DNA of 64,000 nucleotides from an uncultured Chloroflexia bacterium (GTDB lineage: Bacteria > Chloroflexota > Anaerolineae > CG2-30-64-16). Of the stretch, positions 41,219 to 51,924 are shown in pieces. Position numbers and translations under genes: made by a program. Position 1 is the stretch's first letter, and every line of letters starts with the position of its first letter. Under the pieces are notes generated by a model, which was not told the origin of the DNA, did no database searches, and was given only the letters and a program-made list of their open reading frames with translations. The stretch covers positions 352,001 through 416,000 of the forward strand of contig CAVZDU010000010.1 in the NCBI GenBank assembly GCA_963774265.1, written 5' to 3'.

Positions 41219-42804
41219 CCATCAAGCATGTCATAGCTGGGGCTGAGAACACGCTGGCCGGCGCGATCGCGGCACTTCGTGTCACCCCCCAGGGTGAGCG
41301 GATACTTTTCGTCCTGCCGCCTGATGTGCAACTGGATGCCGCGGCGCTTCGGGTCATTCGCCGTGAAGCCGCGACCAGGGACATTAGCGTGGCGTTGGTG
41401 ACCCGACACCCCGGCACGCGCATGGCTGCCTCACATGAAGGAATCAGCAGCTTCCGTGATGCCGCGCGAGCAGAAAGTGCCCGATGGCACCGGGTGACAC
41501 TGCCGAAAAGCCCCCGTCGTTCGGGGCCCCTTGATGGCGAGGTCGTCGCGCCCTTGCCCGCTGGACTTTTCCAGAAGAGGTCACCCTCCGGCTTTCGGCC
41601 TTTCTTCTTCGTACGATCGTTCGCACGTAAGTCCAGTCCGTGGTGGACCACGTTGATGCTGGTGCTCGCACTGGGGCTGTTCATGGGCGGGTTGCTGGTA
41701 GCGCTCAGCATTATCGTCCCGGCCGCCGAGATTACGGTCACGCCCGGCGCAGAACCGGTCGAGGCAACGGTCCAGCTGCGCGCAATCCCTGATGTCCGCG
41801 CCGATCTTGAAGCAGGTATCGTGCCGGCACAGATCGTCAGCACCCAAGTCTCAGGTGAGGCGCGCACGCGTACCACTGGACGTCGTCCGGAACCCGCAAC
41901 CAGGTCGCGCGGCCGCGTCGTCTTCATCAATCGGACGAGCCGCCAGATTAACATACCGCAGGGGACGATCGTATCGACCGCAACGGGCAACAACGCCCAG
42001 TTCGGGACGGTCGGCCCTGTAGATCTCGCCCCCAGCGGTCGTGTCATCGCCACCGTGGAGGCGTTGTTGCCCGGTCCGAACGGTAACGCGCGTGCTGGCA
42101 CCGTTACGCGTGTGGAGGGCTCTCTTTCGCTCTCGATCGCGGTCTCTAACGACGCTGGCTTTGCCGGCGGCACCACTGCACCACAGCCCGTTGTGACGGA
42201 AGAGGACAAGATCCGCCTGCAAGCCCAGCTGCTCGAGGAACTGAAGGTACAGGCGCTTGAGAAGTTGTTGGAGCGTGATGCGAAAGGCAGCTTCATTTCG
42301 CCGGATTCGATCAGTGTCCTGCCCTTGTCGCCCACATTCACGCCTTTCGTCGGTGAGGTCTCAGACGAGTTGTTCCTGAGTATGAGCGTGCAAGCTGTGG
42401 GCCTGGCCGTGAACCAGGCCGATGCCAATACGGCTGCCTTGAGCGCGCTTCAGGCAGCGATGCCACGGGCGACGCGGCTTATCTCAGACACGGTGCGTTT
42501 CATCCCTGGCTCAGTGACCGCAGCAGGCGACGGAAGTATCGGCTTCTCAGTCACTGCGAAGGGAACGCTCTTGCGATCGCCTGACACAAGCGCGGTCCGC
42601 CACGCGGTTTTGGGCATGGCGCCTGCAGAGTCAGTCAAGGCTTTGCAGGGGCGATTTGCGCTCGCAGATGCCCCTCAGATCGAGCTTGGTCCAGACTGGT
42701 TGCCCTATTTGACCCCGGCCAACCTGCCATCGCTGCCGTGGCGCATTCGTGTCGTGGTCGATTGGGATGGGGCGGCCCGGATCGCCATGCGGAAAACCGG
42801 GTGA
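41215..42804 (+). CDS. Membrane-anchored baseplate J/gp47-like domain protein
   Basis: Small cytoplasmic alpha/beta domain, one TM, then GRVVFIN...IPQGTIV...VEALLPGPNGNARAGTV...VSN...FAGG (Baseplate_J-like). Confidence 0.75.
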   Translation: MTIKHVIAGAENTLAGAIAALRVTPQGERILFVLPPDVQLDAAALRVIRREAATRDISVALVTRHPGTRMAASHEGISSFRDAARAESARWHRVTLPKSPRRSGPLDGEVVAPLPAGLFQKRSPSGFRPFFFVRSFARKSSPWWTTLMLVLALGLFMGGLLVALSIIVPAAEITVTPGAEPVEATVQLRAIPDVRADLEAGIVPAQIVSTQVSGEARTRTTGRRPEPATRSRGRVVFINRTSRQINIPQGTIVSTATGNNAQFGTVGPVDLAPSGRVIATVEALLPGPNGNARAGTVTRVEGSLSLSIAVSNDAGFAGGTTAPQPVVTEEDKIRLQAQLLEELKVQALEKLLERDAKGSFISPDSISVLPLSPTFTPFVGEVSDELFLSMSVQAVGLAVNQADANTAALSALQAAMPRATRLISDTVRFIPGSVTAAGDGSIGFSVTAKGTLLRSPDTSAVRHAVLGMAPAESVKALQGRFALADAPQIELGPDWLPYLTPANLPSLPWRIRVVVDWDGAARIAMRKTG

Positions 42805-42810
42805 GATAGC

Positions 42811-43272
42811 ATGGCCATTCTGGCTGAGCCCTTTGACTTGCCTCCCGGTCGCCTGCTGGCACTGGACCTGGGCCAGGCGCGCACCGGCGTGGCTGTCTGC
42901 GACGAAGCCGGGCTGCTCGCCTCGCCATTGACCGTCCTTCGGCGCCATCCGACTCGTGCGGAAGACTTCGCCGAAATCGCCGCGCTGGTCCGGCGCGAAG
43001 GGGCGGTGGGGGTGGTTGTGGGTCTGCCGTCGACAGGCGGCGCGGGCGATGGGGCCGCGGAAGAAGGGGCACAGGCTCGCTGGACAGTTCGCTACGCGGG
43101 CCGGCTCGCTGGCGGCCTCCCCGTTCCGGTCGTATTTTGGGATGAGACGCTGACGTCTGTAGATGCCGCCGAGCTCCTCCACGAGGGTGGCGGCAAGGCA
43201 GGAATCGACGCGGCCGCGGCTGCGCTGATCCTGGCCGACTATCTTGATTCTCGAAGGAAGAAGGCCCACTGA
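42811..43272 (+). CDS. ruvX: YqgF/RuvX family nuclease
   Basis: LALDLGQARTGVA, VVGLP, WDETLTS, IDAAAAALIL. Confidence 0.92.
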   Translation: MAILAEPFDLPPGRLLALDLGQARTGVAVCDEAGLLASPLTVLRRHPTRAEDFAEIAALVRREGAVGVVVGLPSTGGAGDGAAEEGAQARWTVRYAGRLAGGLPVPVVFWDETLTSVDAAELLHEGGGKAGIDAAAAALILADYLDSRRKKAH

Positions 43273-44482
43273 TGGTCCATCGGGTGCTTCGCCTGCTCTT
43301 GCGTTTTCTGCTTTTCCTGGTCCCACTCACGGCACTGGTTGTGCTCGGATTTGTGGTGGTCAGTTTCGTCTCCGCGCAGCTCGAAGATGTGCCGGCTGCT
43401 CCTGAAGTCGCCTTGCTGCAGCCTGCTTCCGAGCAGCCGCTTGACATAAGCCCGGAGACGATCGAGCAGCGGGTGGTCGGTCTCTATCTGCGCACGCAGC
43501 AGGCCGTTATCGACACGCCTGCGAGCGCAAACGTGGAGCGTCGCATCTTCACAATCGAGCCAGGCGAAACGGCGCTAACCGTGGCGACGCGACTGGAAGA
43601 GGAAGGCTACGTTACGGATAGCAACATCTTCCGGCTCTACATGCGCCAAAACGGTATCGACCAGAAACTGGCCGCAGGTGATTTCGAGAATCTCACCCAG
43701 CATGTCGATGGTTGAGATTGCGGATCGCTTGCAGCGCGCGCGCTACGAGGAGATCGTATTTACTGTGCCTGAAGGGCTGCGCGGCGGAGGAAGTGGCTGA
43801 ACTCCTGGACGTTCAAGGGGTCATGGATGGTGCGGCCTTTTTGGCCACGGTGCAGGGCGGCAGCGCATCGGCCGGTGCTATAGGTGACTATGACTGGCTG
43901 CCTGCTGGCCTGACCACGCTGGAGGGCTACCTGTTCCCCGATACGTACCGTCTGCCTGTGCCCACTCAGCCGTCTGACTTGATCCGGCGTATGCTTGACA
44001 ACTTCGAATCCAAGGTGACCGAGGAGGTCCTCGCGCCGGCACGGCAAGCCGGCCGCAGTGTGGAACAGGTCGTCATCATGGCATCCATCATCGAGCGCGA
44101 GGCGCCGCTTGCAGATGAGCGGCCGTTGGTGGCCAGCGTGTACTGGAACCGCGCGAGCGGTGCATGCAGTAAGGAAACGGGCGGTGCGTACCTGCAAGCC
44201 GATCCCACCGTGCAGTATGCTGCGGGCCGTGCAGGTGAGTGGTGGTGGAAGCCGCCAAGCGTAGAGGCTTACTCGACCGTGCAGTCGCCCTACAACACCT
44301 ATCTGCGCCCGGGCCTTCCTCCTGCGGCCATCGCCAGCCCTGGCTTTTCCGCGATTGAAGCTGCCGTGAAGCCCGCCGAAACGCGGTATTGCTTCTTCGT
44401 CGCGACAGGCGAGAATGGCGGTCACGTCTTCGCTGCAACGCTTGCCGAACATCAGGCGAACATCGCCACGTATCAGAAGTGA
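43272..44482 (+). CDS. mltG: Endolytic transglycosylase MltG (indels near 43690 and 43785)
   Basis: TM, FTIEPGE, LEGYLFPDTY, MASIIERE, LQADPTVQY, SPYNTY..PGLPP. Confidence 0.92.
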
Positions 44483-45033
44483 TGCGTCTTCGAATTGCCC
44501 GGCGACTCAGTGTTGCGATTCCCGCTCTCCTGTTTCTGCTGTCTTTTTCGGCCGCATGTACGCTTCCTGGTGACGCTGCGCCTGTCATTAAGCTCGGCGT
44601 CATCGCACCATTCGAGGGTGAGGGCCGCCCGTTGGGCTATGCAATTCTGCCCGCGATTAAGTCCGCGGTTGCGGACGCGAATGCCAGCGGCGACTTGGGC
44701 GGTTTTCGCGTGAGCATGGTCGCGCTCGATGATAGCATGGACCCCGCCGCGGCGGCTCAACAGGCCAAAGCTCTCTCCCTGGACCCCGACGTGCTCGCCG
44801 TAATTGGCCCCTTCTCAATGGAGGCCGCGGACGCTGTCGAGCCTGTCCTGGCGGCCGCTGTCATCCCAAGCGTGCCTGTTATCACCGCTGTGCCGGCCCA
44901 GGGAAATTACGTTGAGGAGATCACGGGGGCAAAAGAGGCGGCCAACGCCGTTTTGCGGGCGCTGGCCGCCGATATCGCCAAACGTGGCCGGCCCAGCCGA
45001 TCCGGTATCTCAATCGAGCTTGCCGCTCCCTAA
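44482..45033 (+). CDS. Short lipoprotein with only the N-terminal half of a LIV-type solute-binding fold
   Basis: Lipobox SAAC, IKLGVIAPFEG, VALDD, DPDVLAVIGP; 183 aa. Confidence 0.7.
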   Translation: MRLRIARRLSVAIPALLFLLSFSAACTLPGDAAPVIKLGVIAPFEGEGRPLGYAILPAIKSAVADANASGDLGGFRVSMVALDDSMDPAAAAQQAKALSLDPDVLAVIGPFSMEAADAVEPVLAAAVIPSVPVITAVPAQGNYVEEITGAKEAANAVLRALAADIAKRGRPSRSGISIELAAP

Positions 45034-45048
45034 CGGCTCACCGCCGGC

Positions 45049-46371
45049 TCACTGCCGGATCACCGTGTGAATCAAGGGGGGCGCAGGGACCGGTTCGTGG
45101 CTGATCTGAATGGCGCCGCTTAGCCTCCTCAGCGCGGCATCCTGGCTTGCCTGATTGGCCGCATGCACCCACAGCAACGGTGCTCCACGGGACACGCGCT
45201 TTCCAACCTTGGTCCCTTGGGCGAGAACGACGCCTACTGCTGGATCGATTGAGTCTTCCTTGCGTGCGCGCCCGCCGCCCAGGTCCACGACCGTGTACCC
45301 CACCTCCCGCGCATCGACTTGTGCAATAAAGCCGGTGGCCGGTGACAACAAGGGCGCGATAAGCGGCGCAGCCGGCAATCGTTCGGGTTGGTCCACGCAC
45401 CTCAAATCGCCTCCCTGTGCAGCGACGAACGCACGGAACATCGCCCACGCGGACCCATCCTCAAGTGTCCTGCGCGCCGCCTCAGCCGCATCCGCCGGAT
45501 CCGCCGGATCGCTCGTTTTGTCAGCAATCAACAACATCTCCCGCGCCACGTCCACGCAGTGATCCCGGAAATCCGCAGGCCCCCTCCCGTGGAGCGTCTC
45601 CACCGCTTCCTTTACCTCTAGAGCGTTCCCGACTGCGAGACCCAATGGCTGGCTCATGTCGCCGATCAGGGCGCTCATTTTGCGGCCTAAGTGTTGCCCG
45701 ATCTGCACCATGAGCTCCGCCAGCTCCGTGGCTTCCGCAACTGTCTCCATGAACGCGCCCTGTCCCACTTTTACATCGAGGACGATGGCATCGGCGCCCG
45801 CCGCGATCTTTTTGGACATGATCGAACTTGCGATGAGTGGCAGGGAGGGCACCGTTCCCGTGACATCGCGTAACGTGTACATCTTTCCGTCCGCCGGCGC
45901 CAGCTCCTGCGTCTGGCCTGCCACCACCAGTCCGACTTCTTTGAGTTGCTTTTTGAATTGCTCGAGGGTGAGCTGGGCGGAGAACCCAGGGATTGACTCC
46001 AGCTTATCGAGTGTCCCGCCTGAATACGACAGGCCCCTGCCCGACATCTTTCCCACCGGAACCCCGAGTGAGGCAACCATCGGTCCGACCACCAGGGTGG
46101 TCTTGTCGCCGACCCCTCCTGATGAGTGTTTGTCGACGATGAAGGGAAGCGTATCGTGCAGATCGAGCGTGGCGCCCGAGAATGCCATTGCCTCGGCCAA
46201 CCTGGCCGTCTCTGCCGCGCCCATGCCCCGGAAGTAAACTGCCATCGCCCATGCAGCCGCCTGGTAATCGGGTATGTCGCCGGCGACGTATCCTTTCACG
46301 AAGAACTCGATCTCCTCGCGGGTCAGTTCCCCGCCATCACGTTTCTTGGTAATTATATCGACAGTACGCAT
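45049..46371 (-). CDS. pdp: Pyrimidine-nucleoside/thymidine phosphorylase
   Basis: [50 protein letters not shown]. Confidence 0.95.
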   Translation of the reverse strand: MRTVDIITKKRDGGELTREEIEFFVKGYVAGDIPDYQAAAWAMAVYFRGMGAAETARLAEAMAFSGATLDLHDTLPFIVDKHSSGGVGDKTTLVVGPMVASLGVPVGKMSGRGLSYSGGTLDKLESIPGFSAQLTLEQFKKQLKEVGLVVAGQTQELAPADGKMYTLRDVTGTVPSLPLIASSIMSKKIAAGADAIVLDVKVGQGAFMETVAEATELAELMVQIGQHLGRKMSALIGDMSQPLGLAVGNALEVKEAVETLHGRGPADFRDHCVDVAREMLLIADKTSDPADPADAAEAARRTLEDGSAWAMFRAFVAAQGGDLRCVDQPERLPAAPLIAPLLSPATGFIAQVDAREVGYTVVDLGGGRARKEDSIDPAVGVVLAQGTKVGKRVSRGAPLLWVHAANQASQDAALRRLSGAIQISHEPVPAPPLIHTVIRQ

Positions 46372-46466
46372 CTTTTTCCAAGTCCTTCCCGTGTAGATGG
46401 AACGCGTTTGGCTCAGCATACCCCGCCCTGGGGGTGGTGTCAACCAGGAAGTTGCGTGATTTTGTC

Positions 46467-46507
46467 TAGTAATTACTACTTGCTTTTTGTTGGCAACGGT
46501 GTATAAT
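46467..46507 (+). promoter_or_regulatory. Putative trmFO promoter with palindrome TAGTAATTACTA next to the -35
   Basis: Palindrome 46467-46478; TTGCTT (46480-46485)-16 nt-TATAAT (46502-46507). Confidence 0.45.
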
Positions 46508-46590
46508 GCGCGGCGATCGACAAATATTAGCGTTACTTTTTGCACGTCAGATCGTCATTCTTATCAAAACCGCACGCGATTTGAGGGAGA

Positions 46591-47999
<1,409 letters not shown>

Positions 48000-48081
48000 A
48001 TAAATGAGTGTGCAAGGCGCAATAACTGATCCAAAGAGGTCACGAAAGTATAATTGTGATTGAACTTGACTTGAAGACCTA

Positions 48082-48110
48082 TTGCGTTCGCGCGGAACAT
48101 GTGCTACAAT
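48082..48110 (+). promoter_or_regulatory. Sigma70-type promoter for the LysM gene pair
   Basis: TTGCGT-17 nt-TACAAT with extended -10 TG. Confidence 0.55.
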
Positions 48111-48214
48111 TCGCGCGAGAGTTGTCCTATTACTTGTGAGCCTGCCTGAGTATGGCGCACCGTGTCCCAATTAGGCGCTTTGTCGGGCTCACTGGCGATG
48201 TGAAGGAGGGTCGT

Positions 48215-49939
48215 ATGCGAATTTTGAAGAACCGCCGGCGTCTCATGTCGCTGGCGCTTGCCCTCGCAATCCTCGTAAGCCTGACGCTTGGCAGCGCCAC
48301 GGGTCTTGCCGTGACCACCATGGACGTGATTCATAATGGCAGCTTCGAGGATGGCTTCGTTATGGTTCCCGGTTGTGGGATGGTCGGCGCGGGATGGGGC
48401 TGCTTCACCAACGGCGGCAGCGCTGCGTATGGCTTTTATGATGATCAGTGGCAACCGGTCGTGGCCGATGGCCTGCACAGCCAGTTGATCGAGATCAATA
48501 CCAAACAATTTGCTGCATCTGAGCCGGACCGCTTTGCCGGCATTTATCAGACCGTTGCGTTGAGCAGAGGCTCGGTCTACACCCTACAGCTCAAGGGTGG
48601 CATGCGCGAGCAGGATCCGGATCCGACGGAAGAAAAGTACCGCTACCGTGTGCAGTGGGGCTACACCACCGATGGTTCGCCGGACTGGACGCAGGTGACA
48701 AACTGGGTTGAGTTGCCGTGGGACAAGATCGATGAACGTACGGCCCCCACCGGTTTGCAGAGCTTCGCCACCTCCTTCATAGCGCCAGGTCCGAAGGTCA
48801 CGCTGTTTATCCGCGCGTGGAAGAAGTGGGGCAATGCCTACAAGGAGCTGGACGTCAACATCGACGCGGTGAGCCTGACAGGACAGGTGGTGAAGCGCCC
48901 GCATGAGTTGGCCGGTTCCGTTGTGGTGCTTCCCGGCGCGCCTGTGGACGGACCGCATCGTATCCCGGACGCCAGGCCAGCGCCGGTCGAGGTCGCCCCT
49001 GTACCGCTGGTTTGTGGTGGCGCATCAGTGCTTTCCAACGGCGATTTTGAGGGCGGCTTCGTTAACGGCGTAGGCAAGTACTGGCAGGCATTCAACAATG
49101 GCGGGGCTGCCGGCTACGGTTTCTACGATGAGATGTGGAAGCCGGTGGTCAAGGATGGCCTGCACGGTCAGTTGATCGAGATCAACACCTGGGGACTGGC
49201 CGCCTCTCAGCCTGACCGGTTTGCGGGCATCTACCAGGCCGTCTGGGGTCTGACAGCCGGCGCGACCTATGAGATTTCGGCCTTTGGCATGCTGCGCGAG
49301 GATTCGGTTCACCCCATGGAGGATCCGTTCAGCTACCGCGTGCAGTGGGGTTATGCGCCGGCAGACCTGGACCCGAGCGAGGCGGACATCACAAATTGGT
49401 CGGAGCTGCCCTGGGATACGGTCTATGTACGCACCGCTCCCGGCAGCATGTCTTCGTTCAGTGCTCGCTTCACCGCCCCAGCCGGCAAGGTGGTCGTTGC
49501 CTTCAGAGCGTGGAAGAAGTGGGGCACGGCACAGCGTGAGCTGGATGTGAACCTGGATGCGATCAAGCTGGTGGGTTGCTCGACGCCCGAAACCAGCCAT
49601 CCGCCGGTCGACCCTGGAACCTGCCACCACAGCATTCAGTCCGGCGACGCATTGGCCGCCATCGCCAGAGACTATGGTACGACCGTGGATCACCTGGCGG
49701 CGACGAACGGCATACGCAATCCGAATATCCTGGTCCTGGGTCAGCGGCTCGTGGTGCCCTGTAAGGGTGCGGAGCCGAAGCCGCCCAGCGACGCGTGTAC
49801 GTGGTACGCAGTGCAGCGCGGTGACACTCTCACTAAGGTGGCGGCGAAGTACGGGTCGACTGTGCAAGCGATCGCGCAGCGCAATGGTCTTCGCAACGTC
49901 AACCTGATCTACGTGGGGCAGCGACTCTGCGTTCCTTGA
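48215..49939 (+). CDS. Secreted protein with two tandem CBM-like domains and two LysM domains
   Basis: Signal peptide; two copies of NGxFExGF...YGFYDxxW.PVVxDGLHxQLIEINT...PDRFAGIYQ...RAWKKWG...ELDVNxD; LysM GDALAAIA and GDTLTKVA. Confidence 0.88.
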   Translation: MRILKNRRRLMSLALALAILVSLTLGSATGLAVTTMDVIHNGSFEDGFVMVPGCGMVGAGWGCFTNGGSAAYGFYDDQWQPVVADGLHSQLIEINTKQFAASEPDRFAGIYQTVALSRGSVYTLQLKGGMREQDPDPTEEKYRYRVQWGYTTDGSPDWTQVTNWVELPWDKIDERTAPTGLQSFATSFIAPGPKVTLFIRAWKKWGNAYKELDVNIDAVSLTGQVVKRPHELAGSVVVLPGAPVDGPHRIPDARPAPVEVAPVPLVCGGASVLSNGDFEGGFVNGVGKYWQAFNNGGAAGYGFYDEMWKPVVKDGLHGQLIEINTWGLAASQPDRFAGIYQAVWGLTAGATYEISAFGMLREDSVHPMEDPFSYRVQWGYAPADLDPSEADITNWSELPWDTVYVRTAPGSMSSFSARFTAPAGKVVVAFRAWKKWGTAQRELDVNLDAIKLVGCSTPETSHPPVDPGTCHHSIQSGDALAAIARDYGTTVDHLAATNGIRNPNILVLGQRLVVPCKGAEPKPPSDACTWYAVQRGDTLTKVAAKYGSTVQAIAQRNGLRNVNLIYVGQRLCVP

Positions 49940-50197
49940 GCGAGCGATCCTACGGTCGGAGTGCCGGAGTGGTTGGGACTGTGCCAGTCCGGTATTCCGC
50001 CCGTTCTGATCTAAATGGATCGATATCACCGGCGAGGTAAGATGCTCATGATGACTGCCTGCTTTTGTTCTGCATCGAACTTGCTGAGGGGTTCCTGTTG
50101 GAGGTGACCGCGCCCGAAGGGGCTGGCATCCCATATTGGTGTCTGGGGCAATATGCGCCCCGGTATTTACCGGTTCATCATTCTTAAGGAGGGATAG

Positions 50198-51787
50198 ATG
50201 TTCAGTAAGCGTCGCACTTTCGTCGTCGTGCTGGCTGTGGCCCTGCTCATGCTGCTGGCGTTCACAAGCATGGCTTCGGCGCAGGTGAAGGGCCCTGTAT
50301 GCGTGGATGGTTACGTGATTAACCATCGCGAGATGGCGGTCGACGGGACCAAGACGTCACCCCCGTTGGTCGTGACGGCGGCCGGTGCAAATGCTACGGC
50401 CACCGCTGAGGTGGACAAGAACGGCTACTTCAAGTTCGATGAGCTCGCTGAAGGCGACTGGGAGTTCTCGCTGCAGTTGCCCACCGGCTGGGAAGGCATC
50501 GCGCCTGAAGCTCGGCTCGAGGGCGTAGCAGTGGCTGGCCTTGCGAAATTCGAGAAGAACAAGACCTGCTACAAGATCGTCTTCAAGATTCGCCGCCAGG
50601 TCACGATCCCCGTTCTGAAGTGGGAAGAAATGCTGGACGGCACCGTGCAGCCCGGCGACGACTGGCTGATTACGGCTACCCCGGTGAAGGATCCCTTCGC
50701 CAATGTCGTGACCGCCACTGTCAAGAGCGGACAGACGTCTCTCACCCTCACCCCCGGCACCTGGCAGATTGCCGAGACCGTGAAGAAGGGGTGGATTCCG
50801 CTCACACCGCCAAAGGTAACCCGGATCGTCGATCAGTACGAGGTCGGGGGCGCAATCAACCCGATCGTCTTCAAGAACCGTGAGCCGAGCTGCTACGGGC
50901 AGATCACGGTAACCAAGACCGGTTTCGGCACCGACGCGACCGGCAACGAGACGGCCCTGGGCACGCTGGCTGGCTGGAAGGTTACGGTCAGCCGCGCGGA
51001 CAAGACCGCTCCGCCCATCACCAAGGTCACGGACGGCAGCGGTACTGCGGTGTTCAAGGGTCTGCTGCCGGGCGTCTACAAGGTCACCGAGACCGTGCAG
51101 ACCGGCTGGAAGGTTGTCGGAGATAACCCGGTGGTCGTTGTTGTGGCACTGCTTCCCGACAAGGATAAATGCGATGAGGTCGATGTCAGCTTCGAAAACA
51201 AGGAGCTGATCGGTGATCTGAAGATCACCGGGAAGAAGCTTTTGAAGGCCTGGGTGAAGCCGTACAAGGGCACGCCGGTCGGCTTGCCTGGCTGGAAGAT
51301 CACCGCGACTCTCGTTGGCACCGAAGACCTCGCCGTCCCGGTGACGGTCTCCACGGCAACCAATGCGCTGGGCGGATATGAGTTCTCGATGGCGGACCTC
51401 AAGGCTGCAGGTATGGCCTTTGGCGGCGCCAGCATCAAGGTCTGCGAGGAAGTCCGCGATCACTGGATTAACGTAACGCCCAAATGTGTGACAGTGAAGT
51501 TCCCGTTCCCCGTTCCGCCGGAGTATAAGGGCGAGGTGGTGAACTTCACCAATATCCAGGATCCGCCTCCTGGGGCGGACGTCGCGACCTATGACGGCGC
51601 CACGGCTGACGTTGAGGCTGACGCAGTCACCGCTGACTCCTGCGCTACAGTCCACAAGGTGGTTCGCGGTGATACCCTGGCCAAGATCGCCGGCAAGTAC
51701 GGCGTATCAATGAAGAGCCTGATATCGGCCAATCACATCCGCAACGCCGATGTGATCTTCCTCGGGCAGAAGTTGTGCGTCAAGTAG
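50198..51787 (+). CDS. Secreted Cna-B/SdrD-B-like repeat protein with C-terminal LysM
   Basis: Signal peptide; repeated GWKVT...TDGSG..F.GL.PG.Y.V.E...GW...T; LysM VVRGDTLAKIA; AAGGAGG RBS. Confidence 0.85.
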   Translation: MFSKRRTFVVVLAVALLMLLAFTSMASAQVKGPVCVDGYVINHREMAVDGTKTSPPLVVTAAGANATATAEVDKNGYFKFDELAEGDWEFSLQLPTGWEGIAPEARLEGVAVAGLAKFEKNKTCYKIVFKIRRQVTIPVLKWEEMLDGTVQPGDDWLITATPVKDPFANVVTATVKSGQTSLTLTPGTWQIAETVKKGWIPLTPPKVTRIVDQYEVGGAINPIVFKNREPSCYGQITVTKTGFGTDATGNETALGTLAGWKVTVSRADKTAPPITKVTDGSGTAVFKGLLPGVYKVTETVQTGWKVVGDNPVVVVVALLPDKDKCDEVDVSFENKELIGDLKITGKKLLKAWVKPYKGTPVGLPGWKITATLVGTEDLAVPVTVSTATNALGGYEFSMADLKAAGMAFGGASIKVCEEVRDHWINVTPKCVTVKFPFPVPPEYKGEVVNFTNIQDPPPGADVATYDGATADVEADAVTADSCATVHKVVRGDTLAKIAGKYGVSMKSLISANHIRNADVIFLGQKLCVK

Positions 51788-51807
51788 TCGCAACTGCCTG
51801 AAATGCA

Positions 51808-51840
51808 GGGGCCGCAGCAACCGCTGCGGCCCCAACTTTT
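51808..51840 (+). terminator. Intrinsic terminator after the LysM/Cna-B gene
   Basis: GGGGCCGCAGC-AACC-GCTGCGGCCCC-AACTTTT. Confidence 0.8.
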
Positions 51841-51844
51841 AAGA

Positions 51845-51924
51845 GGTGATTGAAATCACCGTCTGGTACGAAAAGTGCATTGAAACGCACTGCACCCCGT
51901 GGCGTCAACCCGTTTCAACGGGTT
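51845..51924. repeat. Cluster of three short REP-like palindromes with a TTGAAA core
   Basis: GGTGATTGAAATCACC (51845-51860), AGTGCATTGAAACGCACT (51874-51891), inverted copy AACCCGTTTCAACGGGTT (51907-51924). Confidence 0.65.

Noticed and set aside
41215-43272. Prophage or tailocin remnant around the baseplate-J-like gene
   Set aside because: No other tail, sheath, capsid or lysis genes; the gene has a TM helix and is coupled to housekeeping genes
51845-51924. ATTGAAA(C) motifs as a degenerate CRISPR array
   Set aside because: Stems differ, one copy is inverted, gaps are only 13-15 nt, and no cas genes are present
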